DNA of 64,000 nucleotides from Chrysomallon squamiferum (lineage: Eukaryota; Animalia; Mollusca), in contig CM022665.1 in the NCBI GenBank assembly GCA_012295275.1, positions 6,324,001 through 6,388,000 on the forward strand, read 5' to 3'. Below, one piece after another: positions 15,142 through 28,415 of the stretch. The position numbers and the translations under genes were made by a program. Under the pieces are notes generated by a model. The model was not told the origin of the DNA, made no database searches, and saw nothing but the letters and a program-made list of their open reading frames with translations. The stretch's first letter is position 1. Each line of letters starts with the position of its first letter.

Positions 15142-18100
15142 TAAAACAACAACTACTAAAAAGAAACCACCCCAGAAATCTGCTCCTTAATAAGATGAAA
15201 ACAGAAAAAAAAAAAAAATAATAAACGTTCCCAAATTAATCAATAACTTTTAAAATGCCAAATCAAAGAAAATCAGATATTTTATTGATGGTGGAGTGAA
15301 GAAATGAGTTTTAATTAGAAGAATGTACCACTTCACGTCTGTGTTTCTTTGCTTTTTCATTCCTCTCTGTGTCGTACACGGAGATTTCCAGTTCACAGAC
15401 AGCTTCTTCTTTCACTCTTTCATTGAGGATTTCAAAAACCTGCAAATCAATAACCTGCAGTTTTCTAAATCTATATATGGAAACTCAACAACATCCAACA
15501 ATAACGACCAAATTATTGTACTGAAGATGGAATTCTTTTTAATTGCTTGTGTTGAAAATATTTCGTTTTCTGACTAAATATATCAGAGTGATTAAATAAA
15601 TTTAACTACATTAATGAAGCATTAATAAACATGTAAAAAATAATAATAATAATAATAATATATCAATAATTTTCATTTATTTTAGATTTGTTATTTCAGA
15701 TGGATTTTCTTATCCAGCCATGAAGTCCATAGAAATTCTGATTCATAAAATACCACTGTTCCATAATTTAGTGTGCTTATTTGCTTATGAAAAATAGCAA
15801 AGAAAAAAGTGTGTGATCAATGCATCTGCATTTATATGACTGGATTATACAGTCACCATTTGTTGATTGTTACCTTAAATAGATTAAATAGATCTCGTTT
15901 ACAACTGAACAAATCTAAATATATTCTATAATGGGGTTTTATTTTACAATTTCAAATAAGTGAGAAATATTTTAGAAATTTAAAGAAAACATTTCTGAAC
16001 ACATTTACAAATAAATAAATGATTGATTAATTAAATAAATAAAATTCATTTCAAAAGCAATTTTACTACCAAATAAATATCCTGAAGAAATAACAGATAA
16101 CACACCATAAATGATTTCCCAGGTGAAATAGAATTATTCTTTGTTCATTTAATTTAAGTTATCGCGAAAATATTGCAAATAAACCGTGGCCAGCAGTGAT
16201 ACCAGTATACACAGCATGAAACAGACAGTTTTGTTCTATTCATACTGAAGTATGCTGTGTGTAGTCGTATCACATTTTGTAATATACAGAAGGAGACAGT
16301 GATTATTAACAAACAAAAGTTATGTTACCTCTTCTTCTGATTCTCGGAAACGTTCCCGAGCAATCTCCTCAGCTTTAAGTAATTCCAGTAGAGTCTGGTA
16401 CAGTTCAAGCTGTTTTCCTGGTCCTGCATTGGGATCAACCTTCACAAAAAATAGTTAAATATTTACATTAAATGAAGGAGTTTGTTTATTCCAAAATGGA
16501 AAATAATTTATAAAATAAATATAAAAAAAATATTTTTTTTTTTTTTTTTTTTTATAAATTACTGAAATATAAAATCAACTGATTTTTTAAATTTCAGGAA
16601 ATCATTATTAAAAACAGTTAACATTTCAATTTGTACATTTTTTTTTTTTTTTCATTATTTTTATTTATTTATTTACTTACTTATTTTAAAAATAGAAATT
16701 AAAACATTTGACAATTAGAATAATTGGGGAATAAAATGGATAGGAAATTCATGTATCTTTTTTTATGACTCTAAACAAGGTTTTGTCAGGTAAATATATA
16801 TTATATAGATAGATATATAGATATAGATACAGATATAGATACTGATATAGATACTGATATATATATGTGTGCTATTTTCTTTCTGTTAACTGAATTTATG
16901 TCAAATCTGCAATCTAGCTGATCAAAATGGCTGCTGGTACCTGGAAGGTTTGATGCATGTCGCTTGACCACGTGAGAATAGCACCTTTCTCATCCCAGTT
17001 TGCTGGTTTGATGAACTCTCTGGTGGATGATGCAATGCGTTTATCCTCAGTGTGGTAAGTTATTTGAATTTTGTCTTCAGCAACCAGGAACACCATTTCA
17101 GCAATGTCATTGTTAGCAGGCTTGCTGTCATTTCTGTGAAACTTCATAATCATTTTCTGCCAAATACAACATAATAATAACTTATTGTTATTTTCAGCAC
17201 CACAGTTAAAGCTGGTAATAAGCAGATAGTAAGAACACTGAAAACATTAATATTTAATGTAACCACAAAAATGAATACTTTGGGTTTATGTATTCCTTCC
17301 ATATATAAGAATAAAAAAAGACCTTGTGAAAAACAAAAATAATTTCATGATGAGATTTTATTATTATTATTTTTTTTTTTTTATGTATATATAAATATAT
17401 ATTATGTTAATATTAAAATGCTCTAGATTACAATAAAATACATCACCCATTGTTATATAGTTTTAGGTTAGTGAGGTTGCTATTTATTTTTTTCACAGTA
17501 TTTATTTCACAAAAGACAAAGCTAACAGCTTGAGGATAAAGAGAATTGAAAACTTGAGTGACATTCTCTGGCTTCAGAGCTTCTTTCTGAGAACAGTCAG
17601 CAGAGAGAAGAAAAACAAAATATGTGATTCAAAACAAGGTAATTATTCCCAAACTAATGGACAGCAAAGCCAAGCTGAAAATACAAGGATATGCCAACAG
17701 CGATTTTCAGAGAGTGACGTCAAATGAAGCAAGAATAATGTGCCATGATGGCCACACTTAGAAACCCTCCAGCTAGACAGAACTCTGCCAGACAGTAATG
17801 AACAACCAGAATGGCAAACTCCTGATGTCTTACATATATATAACAGTACGGCAGATTATTTTTTTAAAATTAAAAAATTAATAATAATAATAATAATAAT
17901 AATCAGTGAAAAATAAAAATAAAGAAATGAGATAGAGCAAAAATAAAATTGATGGGATATTTTTTAATATTTGGATGATCTTTGACGTTGAGGAATAAAA
18001 TATTTTCAATAAATTGAACTGAAATATATAAGTAAAAATAAACGCTAAATAAAATTTTAAAAATAATAAAAATAGAAAATTAAAATTAAAATAAAATAAA

Positions 18101-21100
18101 ATAAAATAAAACAAAAAATAAATAATAAAACAAAAAAATAAAATAAAATAAAAGTCTGTTCAAAATAAATGTTTTTAATACAGATCATTTTCACATGTAT
18201 CTTTTCATGATAATATAAATTCTGGGAGTCTGTTTAGTTTGTTTGTTTGTTTGTTTGTTTGTTTGTTTGTTAGTTTTTAATTTTTTAATTATTTAATTAT
18301 TTTAAGATTACTTATACCAAAATTTAAATTAATACATCCTTTATACTTTAAAAAAAAGAGAGAAAAGATTCGATCATGAATGTGCTAATTAACAGTGGCA
18401 TGGCTTGCCTGATTCTTTTCTGCTAACATATTCCAACACATTTATCACAGGCAGGAGATGTTAAAATACCGGTGTGTTCTGACACTGATCATGAAAAATA
18501 ATTAATTTAAAAGCAGTGTCAGACAGACAAAACACATCTGAGTTGTATTATAAAATCTTCATTAATTTGTTTTCTTATGAAAGGGACAAAAATAAATTAC
18601 ATCAAAGTAAAAGTCTGGTTTTTTGATTCAAAATAACGACAAGAAAGAAAAAAATATTTTCTTTTTTTGTTTTGTTTGTGAAGAGAAGTACATTTCAATT
18701 TCGACTGTTATTATAACAAATTAATTTGATACAAAGCCTCAAGCAATGTGGCAGTGGTTATTAATTTCCTGTGTGACAGAAAATTAATAAATATTGTCTT
18801 AATGAAATGAAATAATTCAAATATCCCTGTCATATTTAAATAAATATTGAAAACTGGTTTTCCTTAATTGATTTTAAATGCCACACACTGTTTGTTAATG
18901 GAAAATTACAAATATATGTAGATAATCAAGGGAACTGAATTTATTTAAACAAGCAAAATTCAATCATGTGTCAATAAACACATTTTGAACATGTCTGTTT
19001 CAGAAAATAAATTCTGTTTCTACGTGTTTTATTCAGAATATTCGTTTAATATGTGCATAGTATGAAAGACAAAAAATACTTTTTAGTAATTATGACGTGT
19101 ATGTAAAATGTATAACAAAATTAAATGTAAACACATTTATCATACATTTCACATATAACAACAATTAACAATATTATTAATTCTTCCTTTTCTTGTTCTC
19201 AAAAGTAAAATCAGTGTAAAATTGGATTGTAAAATTTCTTAGTGAAATTAACTATTATTTAAAAAAATAATAATAATTTGGTGATTAAAGAAGTATAAAT
19301 AAGGGTGGCAGATCCAAATAATTCCTTTACTGTAATGTAATGCTTTTCTTTTTACAATGTGATGTTTCTAAGTATAAAGAAAACAACTAAGATGAAAGTG
19401 CTATAGCTTTTCAAACAGTTTTGAGTTAAGGGGAACTAACTGTATTAAATTAACATGCGTAACAAATACGTGCTTTAAATTACACAAGAATTTTCTAATG
19501 TTACTGGTGTTAAATATATTAATTTAGCATTCACTATACATCCTGATATGCATGCATCAAACATACAAAAAATAGAAATATAATTCTCTTTGAGTTCATG
19601 AAAATTAACATATTTTTTTCAGTAAGTTTCAATATATAATGTTTATCATCTTCACTTTTGAAATTATAAGGGTATGCATCCCGTGAAAGTGAAGTAAGAG
19701 TTAACCTTCATGTAGACATTTTCAAATCATCTCACCTCAATTGGACGCAGATTGTTTTGAGGACTTCCGTCTTGAGGTCCAAATTTCTTTGTTCTTTTAC
19801 CCAGGGAGATGAACTTGTAGTAGAGAAAATCATCCCGATCTGTGTAGTCTTCTGTCATCGATGTAGATGTCTCCATACGCTTGATAAGACCATCCACGCG
19901 AGCCTCATTGTAGAAAATCATCGTTCTGTCATTTTCTATACCTGGGCTGTTCGCTCGATACTGGTGTTCTGCACATTTTAAATTTGAAAATTTTGAGGAC
20001 ACACAAATAAATAATAAAGTTCTGGTTGTTAATCATTTTCAAATTTTTGTGGCATTTTTATAGCCAAATTATGTATTAAAGAAAAATAATTTTGGTGTTT
20101 TATAATATTCCTTAGTGTTTAGTTTATTTTTTTTTACTTTAAAAATGTCTGAATACAATAACAATGATTATTAAATAAATATTTTGTCTTCTTTTATTTA
20201 TCTTCCACATCCAAATGACTCAAGATATACTGACTACTGTATGAATAAACTATTACTGGGTATTTGAATGTACAGGATTAACTGACCAATTAAAAGACAA
20301 ATGATTATCTGATTAAAACAATCTGTTCTCAGTGTGAAAATCTGTCACTGAATTATTTCTTCACAACTGTGTAGTTTGATTCAGTGAACAACTTTACACG
20401 GATTTTAAAATTATATTAGACTTTGAAATAAACATTATTATCCTTTCCATTTGGCTACAAAAGACTTTTTAAATAATAATTACCATGGTATTGTAACTAA
20501 TTACCCCTGAATCAACAGCTCAAATATAAGGTTTAATGACTTTCTGAAGAAATTTTCTTATGGTTTTAATTATTTAAATACATAGTCAAAATTAACCTTG
20601 AATGCACCAAACAGAAATTAATATCATTGTATGTTTATTAAATGCAAAATACACATAAAAGATATTATTGCTTTAAATGTATCAGTCAGAAGCACAGCTT
20701 TACCCTGTATTACCTTAGATAAACTGCTACTGTTATATTTAACAAGGAGTGTGTATTCTGGGTGTGCTAAGTGAGCACTGCACAACCAAGATGGTAAATT
20801 TATCGGCAGGACATTGTGAAAGTGACAAGAATAAGGGCTGAACACTGAGCAGTGTTCCATTGGCACATCCTGTGATAATAACTGCTACACCCCACTGTCT
20901 GTGAGAATGACCAGTGATTTACCTTTGAGACATCTAGAACGACCGGGATGAAAGTATTCTATGATCCAGTCCATTCGGTGGTTGTGAACTCTGGTGTGGA
21001 GCTTATCTTGTCGGTGAGAATAATACTCCTTTGTAAGTATCAGATCTGTCACTGAAAAATTTACAATTTAAAGCTACATTTGACAATCTTAGAAAAATAA

Positions 21101-24100
21101 AATAATATTTTTGAAGAAATAATAAGAGTAAACTATTAATTATGATTAATTAATAAAATGAAATTATTTTATCATATCTGTCAACAGTGTTCATACTGGT
21201 CAATTTGTCCATATATAAACTGATTCCTTAAATATAAATTATTAACCTTGGAAGCATTACACTGATTCTGTTAAGATACAAGAAAAACAGTGTAACTCAA
21301 AATATATTAATTTCAGTAAATAAATTAAATTTCTTTTTATGCACATGTAGTTTAGTTATATGGTTTCTTAATGCTAAAAAAAAAAATAAAGATTATGAAA
21401 TTATACTTACATTCTCTGTTTTCATACACTGAAAGTCGAGATATAAGGCCATCCTTCATAAGATATGGAGCAAACTTCTCAAGCTTAGAACGTTTGTACA
21501 ACTTTGTTTTAATGCCTTTAGGACATCGCATCTCATAATCTTAATAGAAGAAAAAAAAAATTCATGAGCTGCTAAGGTTGTTTTTTTTATTCATAAATTT
21601 GAACATTTAATCAGTACAAGCAGTTTAAATATTACTTTCTGCTGTGTGCAATGTCACAAATATACTACTGAAGAACACAGAGTAAATATTTTATGTGTTT
21701 CTGAATTGATGAATCATCTTTAAAACAGTGTTATTTTTCTCAAAAAAGAAAACATCAACACAAAAGGAAGACAATTACTGTTTTGTTGATATTATGGTTT
21801 GTAATTATTGTATTCCTTCTTTTCTAGAACTTGTTGTCAAAATGTGTTTAAATGTATGATCAGAATTATGATAAAGTTAGACCAAGAACATGTAAATGCA
21901 TTGTTAAAACAGGAAATAATTAATATACCTCTTTGAGAAAGTCTTAATGGTTCAACCCAAGAAGGTGGCATATCCAAACATTTCTCAACACTAATTTCTT
22001 TTTCCTGAAAAACACAAATTAAAAGTACAGTAATAATTTTTTTTAAATTCAAAAAAAAGACAAAAACCATTCTGTCATTACTGATGTCTACAGTGTTAAA
22101 AAATATATACATTTATTTTGGAACATGAAAGCAGTTATATAATTTATAAACCTATAAGTTGCACAACTGTGGACAATGTTTTTTAATAATATACAAGATA
22201 AATAACTTTGTAAGATGGTTTTGGATTTAAAAATTTCACAGTTCAATCACGATATTTATCAGTAATCATTAACACATAACTCTGAATTACCTCATCATCC
22301 TCATTTTCAAGCAGATCTTCCTCAGATTCTGGAATTAGCAGTTCTTTGTCCACTCCAGGAAACATGTACTCCCACAGGGTGCAGTCTCCAAGGTCATAAC
22401 TTAGCTCCTGAAAAATATAAAATAGACATTCACGTTTAAAAAAAAAAAAAATTATTTTCAGAACTGCAGAATAAAATAACTATTTCTGTACAGCTTATTT
22501 TTGTTATTAATAATATTGTTTAGAATGACTGTTAAATTCAGATTTGATGTCACCATCATAATTAGTTTTACACAACAGTAGAATGTTGAAAACAACTAAA
22601 AAAAAAAAAAAAAAATGAATATTTGGATACCTTTTCATATATGGTTATAGGAAAAATGAGAAAGCCATACTAAATTATTTTAAAATAGATTTTGTCTGTC
22701 ACTTTGATAAATTATCTTGCTATTCCTGTTTTACCTTAACTCCTTCAGAACAATCCTGCATGTTGACCCAGTAGTTGAAATTATTCCACAGTGATTCAAT
22801 TCCGTGGTAATTGTCACTTGTTGCCTCGTGTGAGAGTCCAGTGAACGGCTCTATGAAGAAAGTTTCTGGAACTTCTCTCTTTCCAGCCAGAACCAACACC
22901 CAGGAGTGAACTCTGAGACCAAGAAGTGGATCTGGTGGAGGTTTTTCTCTCTCCTACAAAAATTAAAATAACACAATCCATAATTTGGATTTTACTGGGG
23001 AAAATCCCCTGCTTTTCACTTGTTTTTTTTTTTTTTTTACATTTTATTATTATTATTTTTTTTTTACAAATAATTACACATACCTATGAAAAATAAACTA
23101 TAAATTACATAAGCTAACATGATTAAAATAAAAACAGTGCTTCTTATCGTACCAGCTGTTTCAGTTCCTCTTCTAAACGGCGCTTTTCTTCTTCTGCTTC
23201 TTGTTCTGCAATCTTTCGGCGCTCTTGCTTCAGTATAAACCTACTCCGAAGATCCCTGGGTGGTTTTACAGAATACTTTTTCATTTCTTCTTTCTTTTCT
23301 TCTTCTCTTTTCTACAAAATATAAATTTGAAAACTAACGATAAACATAACAAAATCACGCAAAGAAATAATTGTTTCTACATAAAAACATTAAACGTAGT
23401 CATATCAGCATGAAACAATAAAATTGTAAAATAAGTGATTTAATACAATCACACACACACACACACACACAAACTATAAAATAGTAATAAACACAACCTT
23501 TTCAACAGATACTGTACATGACTATTTCAGGATTTTATATTTTAAATATAACTGTTGGGCTCTTAGAAACCAGAAACATTCTATTCCCTATAATATATAA
23601 ATGAATACAAATACAAATTTTAGAAGAAAATGTAATTAACCTCTTCTTTTTTCTTTAGGATAGGACAGATCTCCCTTGATTCATCAGCAAAACAAGTTTC
23701 TCTGCAAGCATACCCACTCACAACATAAGCATCATAGCCAGCAGCAATGAGCAAGGAACACAGCAGAGTACTGCATTCAAAGCAATTCCCTTTTTGACGA
23801 TTAAGAACTGTGGAAGGAGACAGGAGACGTGATGGCTGTTAAAGAAAAAAAAAAAAACCATGTTAACAAATGTCTTATTCAAATAAATAAATATTAACAT
23901 AATCATATTATAAAAAGGGGTTGTAATCACATTCATCATCAACAACAACAACAACAACAACAATAACATAAAAATTAATAATAATAAAGTATTTGTTAAC
24001 AATACTGAATTAAATTACTATTTGATCATGATGCATACGGTCAAACACAAAGAATATAACTGAAGAAAAGACATGTGGAATTTAAAATTAACTTAAAGCT

Positions 24101-24761
24101 TAGTTGAACAAAATAACTAAGTTATATAAACAGAAGATCCTTCTCTTTTTTTATCATGCAGGGAACAAATGTCACCAGTCAGTTTTACACATTCAGCAGA
24201 ATGGATATTTTGTATTGCCAGTCCCTGACTTACAACAATACACTAATCATTATCAATATCATAATAATTTTAATACATTCTGATTTCAATCTGATAAATC
24301 AAATCAAGTTTCTTAATTGTCAATTAAATGTAGTCTTTTAACATTCAACAAAGCAGCAGTTTTTAATTGTTGCATTATGTCGGATAATTAATAAAGTTAT
24401 TATAAACACTTACAAGTTCATATGGTGGTTCAAGCATTTCAAAGCTAAGATAATCAGCCACAAAATCGGCTGCACCTTCCCAGTTGTAAAGTTCTTTGTA
24501 TGGCAGCTGAGTAGGGCGGATTGTTGTGCATACAAATTTCTGTTAATCAAAATAATCAAAATTATTTTTAGAGATGATATATGTTGCTTCTGGGAATTTT
24601 AATAACAATAATAATTTTACACAAATGGCATATAAATCATTATGAAGTATACTAACTAAAGCTTTCTAAACATTAAATAAAACCTTTCTGAAAGTTATTG
24701 TAATAAACCATGCACTTAAAGTATAAACCAAAAATTATGCTGGGTCCTTTTAGTTCAATCC

Positions 24762-24803
<42 letters not shown>

Positions 24804-26558
24804 TAAAAATATCTTTTGGATATACATATAAAAGCACACAGCATAATTTTTGGTTTCATTAAACATACATAAACATCATTAAGGCATCTTAGGTTTATTT
24901 CTCTTTGTTCATACTTAAGGTAATTGGGGAATTCCTCCAAGACATTTGAGACGTTAATATATGGTAAACACTGTCAATATGGCTATCTTAAGGAACCCAA
25001 GACAATAAAGGTATGCTGGTACTGGTAAGGTGTTTGATGTCATTGGTGTGACTGAGGTGAAAGATAGTTCAAGAGAGAAGCAGAAATATCTAGCAAGGAA
25101 GAAAGACATTTGGGGCCAATTCTATCCATTATAATTATTACACATTATTGTACTATCGTTATGAATTAAAGATGTAATCAAGATCAAACTTGTGTAGTTT
25201 TTGTGTCAGGGAGTCTTTGCACCTGTCCACATATAGTTATGCATATGTAACTAACAGACTAAGGATAAAGCTACTTTGCTATGATTTACTCTCTTATTCA
25301 AGGTTTTATGGGCTAGGCAATTTATGTAACCCAATACTATGAAAAAGGTAATCCATATGAATCTTCTTGAGCTTGTAAGGTGTTCTCTTTATTTATTATT
25401 ACTAGTACTGGTTCCAAAGATAAATATGTTGAAGTATTTTGACTATTTGGCAGGACAATCAAACTTACAGACCTATAATTTACATGAAAATGTTGTTTTT
25501 TTTTTTTTTTTTTTTAATAAGGACCAGAAGAAAAAGAAAAGGAGATTTATATATTAAAAAAAATTAAAATGTTGCAATGTAAATTATCTAGTAGTGATAA
25601 TATTCTAACCTCAACACCACATTCATTGACAGGATTAACAAAAAGTGGTTTCCTGTCCCTGTAGAGATGAACATACTGTCGACAGAAATTGTCTGCATAC
25701 TGTAAAACCAACTTTTCTTTTGGTAAATTATCCTTGTAGGAAGCAGGAAACTCAGTTGGGTCAAAAGTCTCTTGAGGTTTACTACAAAGAACATTTTTAT
25801 ATGTAAGATTTTAACATAATTAAAAAATTCCAAAAGTGGCAATAATTTCAAAAGATATTTAATTCAACCAGATTTCAATATTATAATAGTGGTTTACATG
25901 TACAGTCTGTGTTTGTTGTTTGTGTTTACATCTGTGTATGATGTGTGTGTTTGTCAAAAAATAAAAATAAAAATACAGTACTGAAAGCATAAATTTGTTC
26001 ATCTTTTATATTCAAACTTTCAGTTAAGCTATGTTTGCACTCTGGTCTGAGATATAACTGTTTACAAAATCAACTGTCACCGATATTCCAATTAATTTAT
26101 AACACAGTAGATATATATTATATTTTATAATAATATTTTAGAGCAAGGCAGCAGTTAGATATAATTTTATCAATTAAAACTAATTCATCAATTTATTAGA
26201 CACATATTTACATTCAGTCCTTTAAGCCAATAATCTAATTTGACCAAAATATAAAAAAGAAAAAAAAAAAGACTTGCGTGTCGTACTTTGAGGGTACGTT
26301 TCATTACCTTTCTGGAGGATATACTGTTATTTTCTCTAATTCTTGAGTAAGTGCTTCCGCATCTTCTTCCAAAATGACCTCATGTATTACTTTACCGTCT
26401 TCTTCTCCAAGTTTGTCCGATGCACTCTCTCCTAACGTTTCAGCCGAGCCATCGGTATGTTTAACTGCATCATCTTGATCATGTTTATCGGATTCATTTT
26501 CAGTCTTATTTGAATCAATAACTATTGTTACTGGCGTTTTATCAGCATTTTCTTCCAT
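12911..26558 (-). CDS. DRC7: Dynein regulatory complex subunit 7 (CCDC135), 17 coding exons
   Basis: GT-AG exons join in frame. Approximate exons: 26558-26308, 25783-25609, 24539-24414, 23835-23641, 23310-23153, 22953-22735, 22408-22291, 22005-21929, 21539-21411, 21051-20923, 19968-19736, 17156-16941, 16439-16329, 15439-15329, 14501-14307, 13663-13524, 12994-12911. Motifs: KFVCTTIRPT, QKGNCFECSTLLCSLL, LRVHSWVLV, DYLAPFLAQ, KQRLIDKANLIQARFEK and C-terminal RHKESAPEKY...DPRL, all matching DRC7 orthologs. Confidence 0.95.
13770..13990 (-). mobile_element. Degenerate tRNA-derived SINE fragment
   Basis: TTTATGGTTATACGG...GATAATGAGAGAGGAAACCTGC...TTTTTGTATGCA resembles a common gastropod SINE as I recall it. 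A related fragment lies at about 53085-53260. Confidence 0.45.
15056..15135. repeat. (CT)n(TA)n microsatellite; long poly-T nearby at about 14795-14855
   Basis: Directly visible runs. Confidence 0.95.
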
Positions 26559-26693
26559 GTTACACAAATCCAAACGATTATTTAATTTAGTTCAGTGCAA
26601 TGCTGTTTTAAAGCAATTTTTGACAAACGTAAACAAGTATTTTGATTTCTTCTTTTTTTAACTTACCAAAGCCCCGCTAATATAAACTATTGC

Positions 26694-26707
26694 GCTGTCA
26701 TAGCAAC
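26694..26707 (-). promoter_or_regulatory. RFX X-box at the DRC7 promoter
   Basis: GTTGCTATGACAGC on the minus strand, about 140 bp upstream of the DRC7 ATG and just upstream of a G|GTAAGT donor at 26667 (probable 5'UTR exon). RFX regulation of motile-cilia genes is well established. Confidence 0.7.
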
Positions 26708-27239
26708 ATGAAAATATAGGGCAAGAGGAAAACAGGACGTAATTCAGTATCAATTCATTTTATCATATTAACGATTAAAAACTTCATTTGTAGGTTTTGG
26801 GCACAAATACTACATTAAAACAAATAATTTTTTGTAATGCGAAAATAAAATTTATTAGTACGTGGAATAATACATTTGTTAAGATCTTTTCTTCTAAATC
26901 TAGAGTAGTTTCCCTTTAAATAAATGTAAAGTCTCGTAAGGGTCATTCCACATTGTGGGATACAATTTAGAATTTAAAAAAGAATAAATAATTAACAAAA
27001 TCAAATTAATTATGCAAATAATAGTATATATATAAATTAAATTAAAAAACTGGACGACATGGATAAAGAGGACATTAGATAATCATTAAGCTAATGTCAA
27101 TTTGTGTTTGCCAGTGTATACCCTTTAGATGTATGGCTTATCATACTGCTTTCCTTACAGAAATAAATAAAAACAAAAATATAAATGTTTATAAACGAAA
27201 TTATGTGTATGAATCTCTTATAGTAACAACAACAACAAC

Positions 27240-27275
<36 letters not shown>

Positions 27276-27695
27276 ATATTTATGTGGGGTTTTTTTTAAT
27301 TTTATTTTATTATTATATATTTTATTTTTTTTTAATTATTTTTTTATTTATTAAACATGGTGAGTAAATTTGACGTTGGTTGCACGTTTTCTGACATATT
27401 ATCACATGGGAAAAGCTAGTATTTGACGTCTAGTAACCCAAAATAAGCAACATTTTTAGGTGTTGCAATATATGCGCTTTATCACAATGTAACAAATTGG
27501 TGTAACCGATTTTGGTTTGCGAAAAACGAACGCGATTTCATCTGAACACTGAAGAGACAAATAAGTCCGATAACTCTGAAACACAAAGTGGAGTGATTCC
27601 GTTCGTAATCTATGATTTACTTGCACAATTTACATCTGATACCCCGACTGTTATTTTCAAAGACAGGATTTGCCATAAGAACACTGATTGTGAAA

Positions 27696-28415
27696 ATGTC
27701 AGGAGATGCTCAAACAGGTAAAAAAGCAGCATCTTATAATGTTGTAAATGAGCATGTCAAAGATAACCAGGTGATAGGAATCGGCAGTGGGTCGACTGTA
27801 GTTTTTGCAGTTCAGAGAATAGCGGAACGAGTGAAATCGGAAAAGCTAAATGTAATTTGCATACCAACTTCATTTCAAGCAAAAGAACTAATTGTGAGTA
27901 ATCACCTAACATTGGGAAGTTTGGAAATACATCCACAGATAGACGTGGCTATTGATGGTGCAGATGAAGTTGATGGCGAAGTGAACTGCATCAAAGGCGG
28001 AGGAGGGTGCCTGACACAGGAGAAAATAGTTGCTTCCTGCGCAAAAGATTTTTATATTGTTGCAGATTCGAGCAAGTGTTCTACAAATCTTGGTACAATT
28101 TGGAAGAAAGGAATTCCTATCGAAGTTATACCAATGGCATATAAACCAATTCAGCATAAAATCCAGAAAGAACTTGGAGGAAAAGCTGAACTTCGCATAG
28201 CAAAGATGAAATGTGGTCCTGTTATTACAGACAATGGCAATTTTATACTTGATTGGCAATTTAAATCGGCAGGAAACTGGCAAGAAATAAATTCAAAACT
28301 TGTTAGTATTCCTGGTGTCATTGAAACTGGATTGTTTATAAACATGGCAAAAATGGCCTATTTTGGAAACTCGGATGGAAAGGTTACAGTTCAGAAAGCC
28401 CCGTGGGCTTCATAA
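27696..28415 (+). CDS. RPIA: Ribose-5-phosphate isomerase A, single coding exon; in-frame upstream ATG at 27612
   Basis: Uninterrupted ORF with [54 protein letters not shown] and [10 protein letters not shown] motifs. Confidence 0.97.
   Translation: MSGDAQTGKKAASYNVVNEHVKDNQVIGIGSGSTVVFAVQRIAERVKSEKLNVICIPTSFQAKELIVSNHLTLGSLEIHPQIDVAIDGADEVDGEVNCIKGGGGCLTQEKIVASCAKDFYIVADSSKCSTNLGTIWKKGIPIEVIPMAYKPIQHKIQKELGGKAELRIAKMKCGPVITDNGNFILDWQFKSAGNWQEINSKLVSIPGVIETGLFINMAKMAYFGNSDGKVTVQKAPWAS

Noticed and set aside
20624-20920. GC-richer block and 80-aa ORF downstream of a DRC7 exon, as a possible alternative exon
   Set aside because: Read-through in the DRC7 frame hits TAA, and the flanking exons already join in frame without it.
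26939-26950. GGGTCATTCC matching the start of the 37752 MITE TIR
   Set aside because: Only 10 bp and no partner TIR found.
27906-28345. Antisense ORFs overlapping RPIA (likewise 41363-41599 over SLC4A1AP and 58277-58582 over MOCS3)
   Set aside because: Shadows of real coding sequence on the opposite strand.
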